24,000 nucleotides of DNA. Origin: Alphaproteobacteria bacterium. GTDB taxonomy: Bacteria > Pseudomonadota > Alphaproteobacteria > Paracaedibacterales > CAIULA01. A model generated the notes under the pieces. The model worked only from the letters and a program-made list of their open reading frames with translations. It was not told the origin of the DNA and searched no databases. A program made the position numbers and the translations under genes. Location of the stretch: the NCBI GenBank assembly GCA_947475175.1, contig CANJLN010000001.1:24305-48304 (forward strand). The letters run 5' to 3'. How positions within the stretch are numbered: position 1 is the first letter of the stretch; each line of letters starts with the position of its first letter. Below are positions 21,665-24,000 of this stretch, piece by piece.

Positions 21665-24000
21665 CATGCAAACATCTTCATCTCCATTTATACCCAATAA
21701 GATTCAAGAAGCTGGGCAGGAGCTCGAGGGTCGAGGAGCGGAGTGTATAGATGATACTCGAGCACCGAAGATTCCCGAAGAGCGACGAACCCAGAGCTTG
21801 AATCATGAAGGGTATATACATTTACGCCTGCATAGTGCTTATTCGCTAGCAGAGGGAGCTATCCACACCAAAAACATCGCAAAGCTTTGCCAAGGCTATC
21901 AAATGCCCGCTATTGGTATTACAGACACAAACAATTTGTTTGGCGCTCTTGAAATTGCGATGGCTTGCGCGGAGGAGGGAATTCAACCCATTATCGGTTG
22001 CCAGATCCAAATGCTTTTTAGTGACAAACATCCCGTCCGTCCCATTGTGCTTCTTGCGCAAAGTGAACAGGGATATAAAAACCTTCTCAAACTTGTCAGT
22101 CATTTCTATTTGAGGCAACAAAATTTAAATGAACCGCATATTACACTCAGTGAATTAGAAGAACGCAATCAAGGGCTTATTTTATTAACAGGGGGACATC
22201 TTGGTCCTGTGGGACATCTTTTGAACGCTCAAGAGAAAGATGAAGCAATTGATCTTTTAAAAACGCTTCAAAAAATATTTGGAGACCGTCTTTATATTGA
22301 ATTGATGCGTCACGGTCTGGTTGAGCAAAAGCGGATTGAACCTCAGTTCTTAGAGCTTGCTCTTGAATACAATATTCCAATCGTTGCAACGAATGATGTG
22401 TTTTTTGATAAGCCGAGTATGTATGAAGCTCATGATGCGCTTTTATGCATTGCTGAGGGAAGCTATATCAGTCAGGACAATCGTCGTCGTGTGACACCGC
22501 ATCATTATTTCAAAAACAGTGAAGAGATGAGCAAGCTATTTGCTGATCTGCCTGAAGCTATTCAAAACACAAGCGTTATTGCTCAGCGTTGTCATTTTAT
22601 GCCGCTTCCCCGTAAACCGATTTTGCCTCCTTTTCTAACTGAGTCAGGTAGAAGTGAGACAGATGAATTGCGAGAGCAAGCTCACCTTGGGTTGGAAAAA
22701 CGCTTGGAAAAAGAGGTTTACCCTCTGCATACCGATCAAAGTCAGCATGAAGCACTCAAAAAAAACTACTTTGAACGATTAGAATATGAACTTGAAATTA
22801 TCGAAAAGATGGGCTTTCCAGGTTATTTTCTGATTGTTGCTGATTTTATCAAATGGGCTAAAAACCAAGGCATTCCCGTTGGTCCTGGTCGTGGATCCGG
22901 CGCTGGGTCATTGGTTGCATGGGTTTTAACGATCACAGATATGGATCCAATACGTTTTAACCTTCTCTTTGAGCGTTTTTTAAATCCAGAACGCGTCTCT
23001 ATGCCTGACTTTGATATCGACTTTTGTCAGGATCGCCGAGATGAGGTGATCAGTTATGTGCGGGATAAATATGGCGAGGATAAGGTTGCGCACATTATCA
23101 CTTTTGGTAAATTGCAGGCTCGTGCTGTTCTTCGTGACGTTGGTCGCGTGATGCAAATGCCATACGGACAGGTGGATCGCATTTCCAAGCTTGTGCCTAA
23201 TAACCCAGCCAATCCGGTAACTTTAGAGCAGGCTTTGGAGCTGGAGCCCGCTCTAAAACAACAACAAGAAGAAGATGAAACTGTTGCAAAATTAATTGAT
23301 ATCGGCATGAAGCTCGAAGGGCTTTATCGTCATGCATCAACTCATGCTGCAGGTGTTGTGATTGGCGATCGTCCTTTGGATGATCTCGTTCCTCTCTATA
23401 AAGATGAGAAATCAACATTGGCAGCGACGCAATTTAGTATGAAATATGTAGAAGCTGCAGGTCTTTTGAAATTTGACTTTTTGGGCTTGAAAGCTCTGAC
23501 CGTCATTCAAAAATGCTGTGATCTAGTACAAAAAACTGGAATTGATCTTGATATCAGTACCATTCCTTTAGATGATCCAAAAACATTTGAGCTTCTTTGT
23601 CGCGTCGAAGTGGTTGGTGTGTTCCAGCTTGAAAGTGCGGGCATGCGTGATGTTTTGCGCAAACTAAAACCAGATCGTTTTGAAGATTTGATTGCACTTG
23701 TGGCTCTTTACCGTCCAGGGCCGATGGACGACATTCCAAGATATCTTGCCTGTAAGCATGGGGAAGAGGCCGTTACCTATTTGCAGCCCGCTCTACAACC
23801 AATTCTCGAGCCAACTTATGGTGTTATGGTTTACCAAGAACAGGTTATGGAAATTGCTCAGGTGTTAGGAGGGTATACACTTGGCGCTGCTGATTTGTTG
23901 CGTCGTGCGATGGGTAAAAAGATTAAATCAGAGATGGATGATCAGCGGGCTTTGTTTACAGAGGGAGCCGTTAAAAATGGCGTTGAGCCCTCAGTTGCCA
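21665..24000 (+). CDS. dnaE: DNA polymerase III alpha subunit DnaE, 3'-truncated by the window edge; the start codon is ambiguous (ATG 21665 or in-frame TTG 21797)
   Basis: The frame is open from 21665 to the window end. It is not in the ORF track because no stop is reached. The PHP domain is YIHLRLHSAYSLAEGAI...ITDTNNLFGALE...IQPIIG, followed by GFPGYFLIVADFI, PVGPGRGSGAGSLV, PDFDIDFCQ and HAAGVVI. Confidence 0.92.
21688..21817 (-). repeat. ~130-bp palindromic-ended repeat element, copy B, inverted relative to copy A and inside the open 5' end of dnaE
   Basis: The reverse complement aligns end to end with 12758-12888. It encodes PFIPNKIQEAGQELEGRGAECIDDTRAPKIPEERRTQSLNHEGY in the dnaE frame without a stop. 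Confidence 0.85.

Overview
This is a moderately AT-rich bacterial chromosomal window. By gene content it looks alphaproteobacterial: system I cytochrome c maturation genes ccmE and ccmF/H, rpoH, RNase J, a DUF1467 protein, and rpe followed by a heparinase II/III-like gene and dnaE. The lineage is an inference; nothing was searched. Most of the window is housekeeping: rnj (partial), sfsA, tRNA-Pro(GGG), an ABCB-type exporter translationally coupled to cyaY, tRNA-Ala(GGC), a PLP-dependent ACC-deaminase/D-Cys desulfhydrase family gene, rpoH, dedA, ccmF fused to ccmH, ccmE, rnr, rpe, a heparinase II/III-like gene and dnaE (partial). Accessory content is a Gp49/HigB-like toxin with an HTH antitoxin, a Schlafen/AlbA_2-HATPase_c_4 protein in a visibly AT-rich patch near tRNA-Pro, and three lineage-specific exported or membrane proteins. 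The most unusual signal is a set of short palindromic, MITE/REP-like elements that sit inside open reading frames without breaking them. (1) A 30-nt hairpin module, CTGTCATCCTCGGACTTGTTCCGAGGATCT, occurs three times with perfect identity. One copy is in frame inside sfsA, one is in frame exactly at the ccmF-ccmH junction, and one is a full double-hairpin copy in an intergenic region. (2) A ~130-bp element occurs twice. One copy exactly fills the convergent rpoH/dedA gap. The other, inverted, stays open in frame at the 5' end of dnaE. (3) More TGTCAT...ATGACA-bounded and nested palindromes inflate the ccmE-ccmF spacer to ~675 bp. This behaviour resembles the Rickettsia palindromic elements (RPEs). 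No transposase, integrase, CRISPR array or rRNA is visible in the window.
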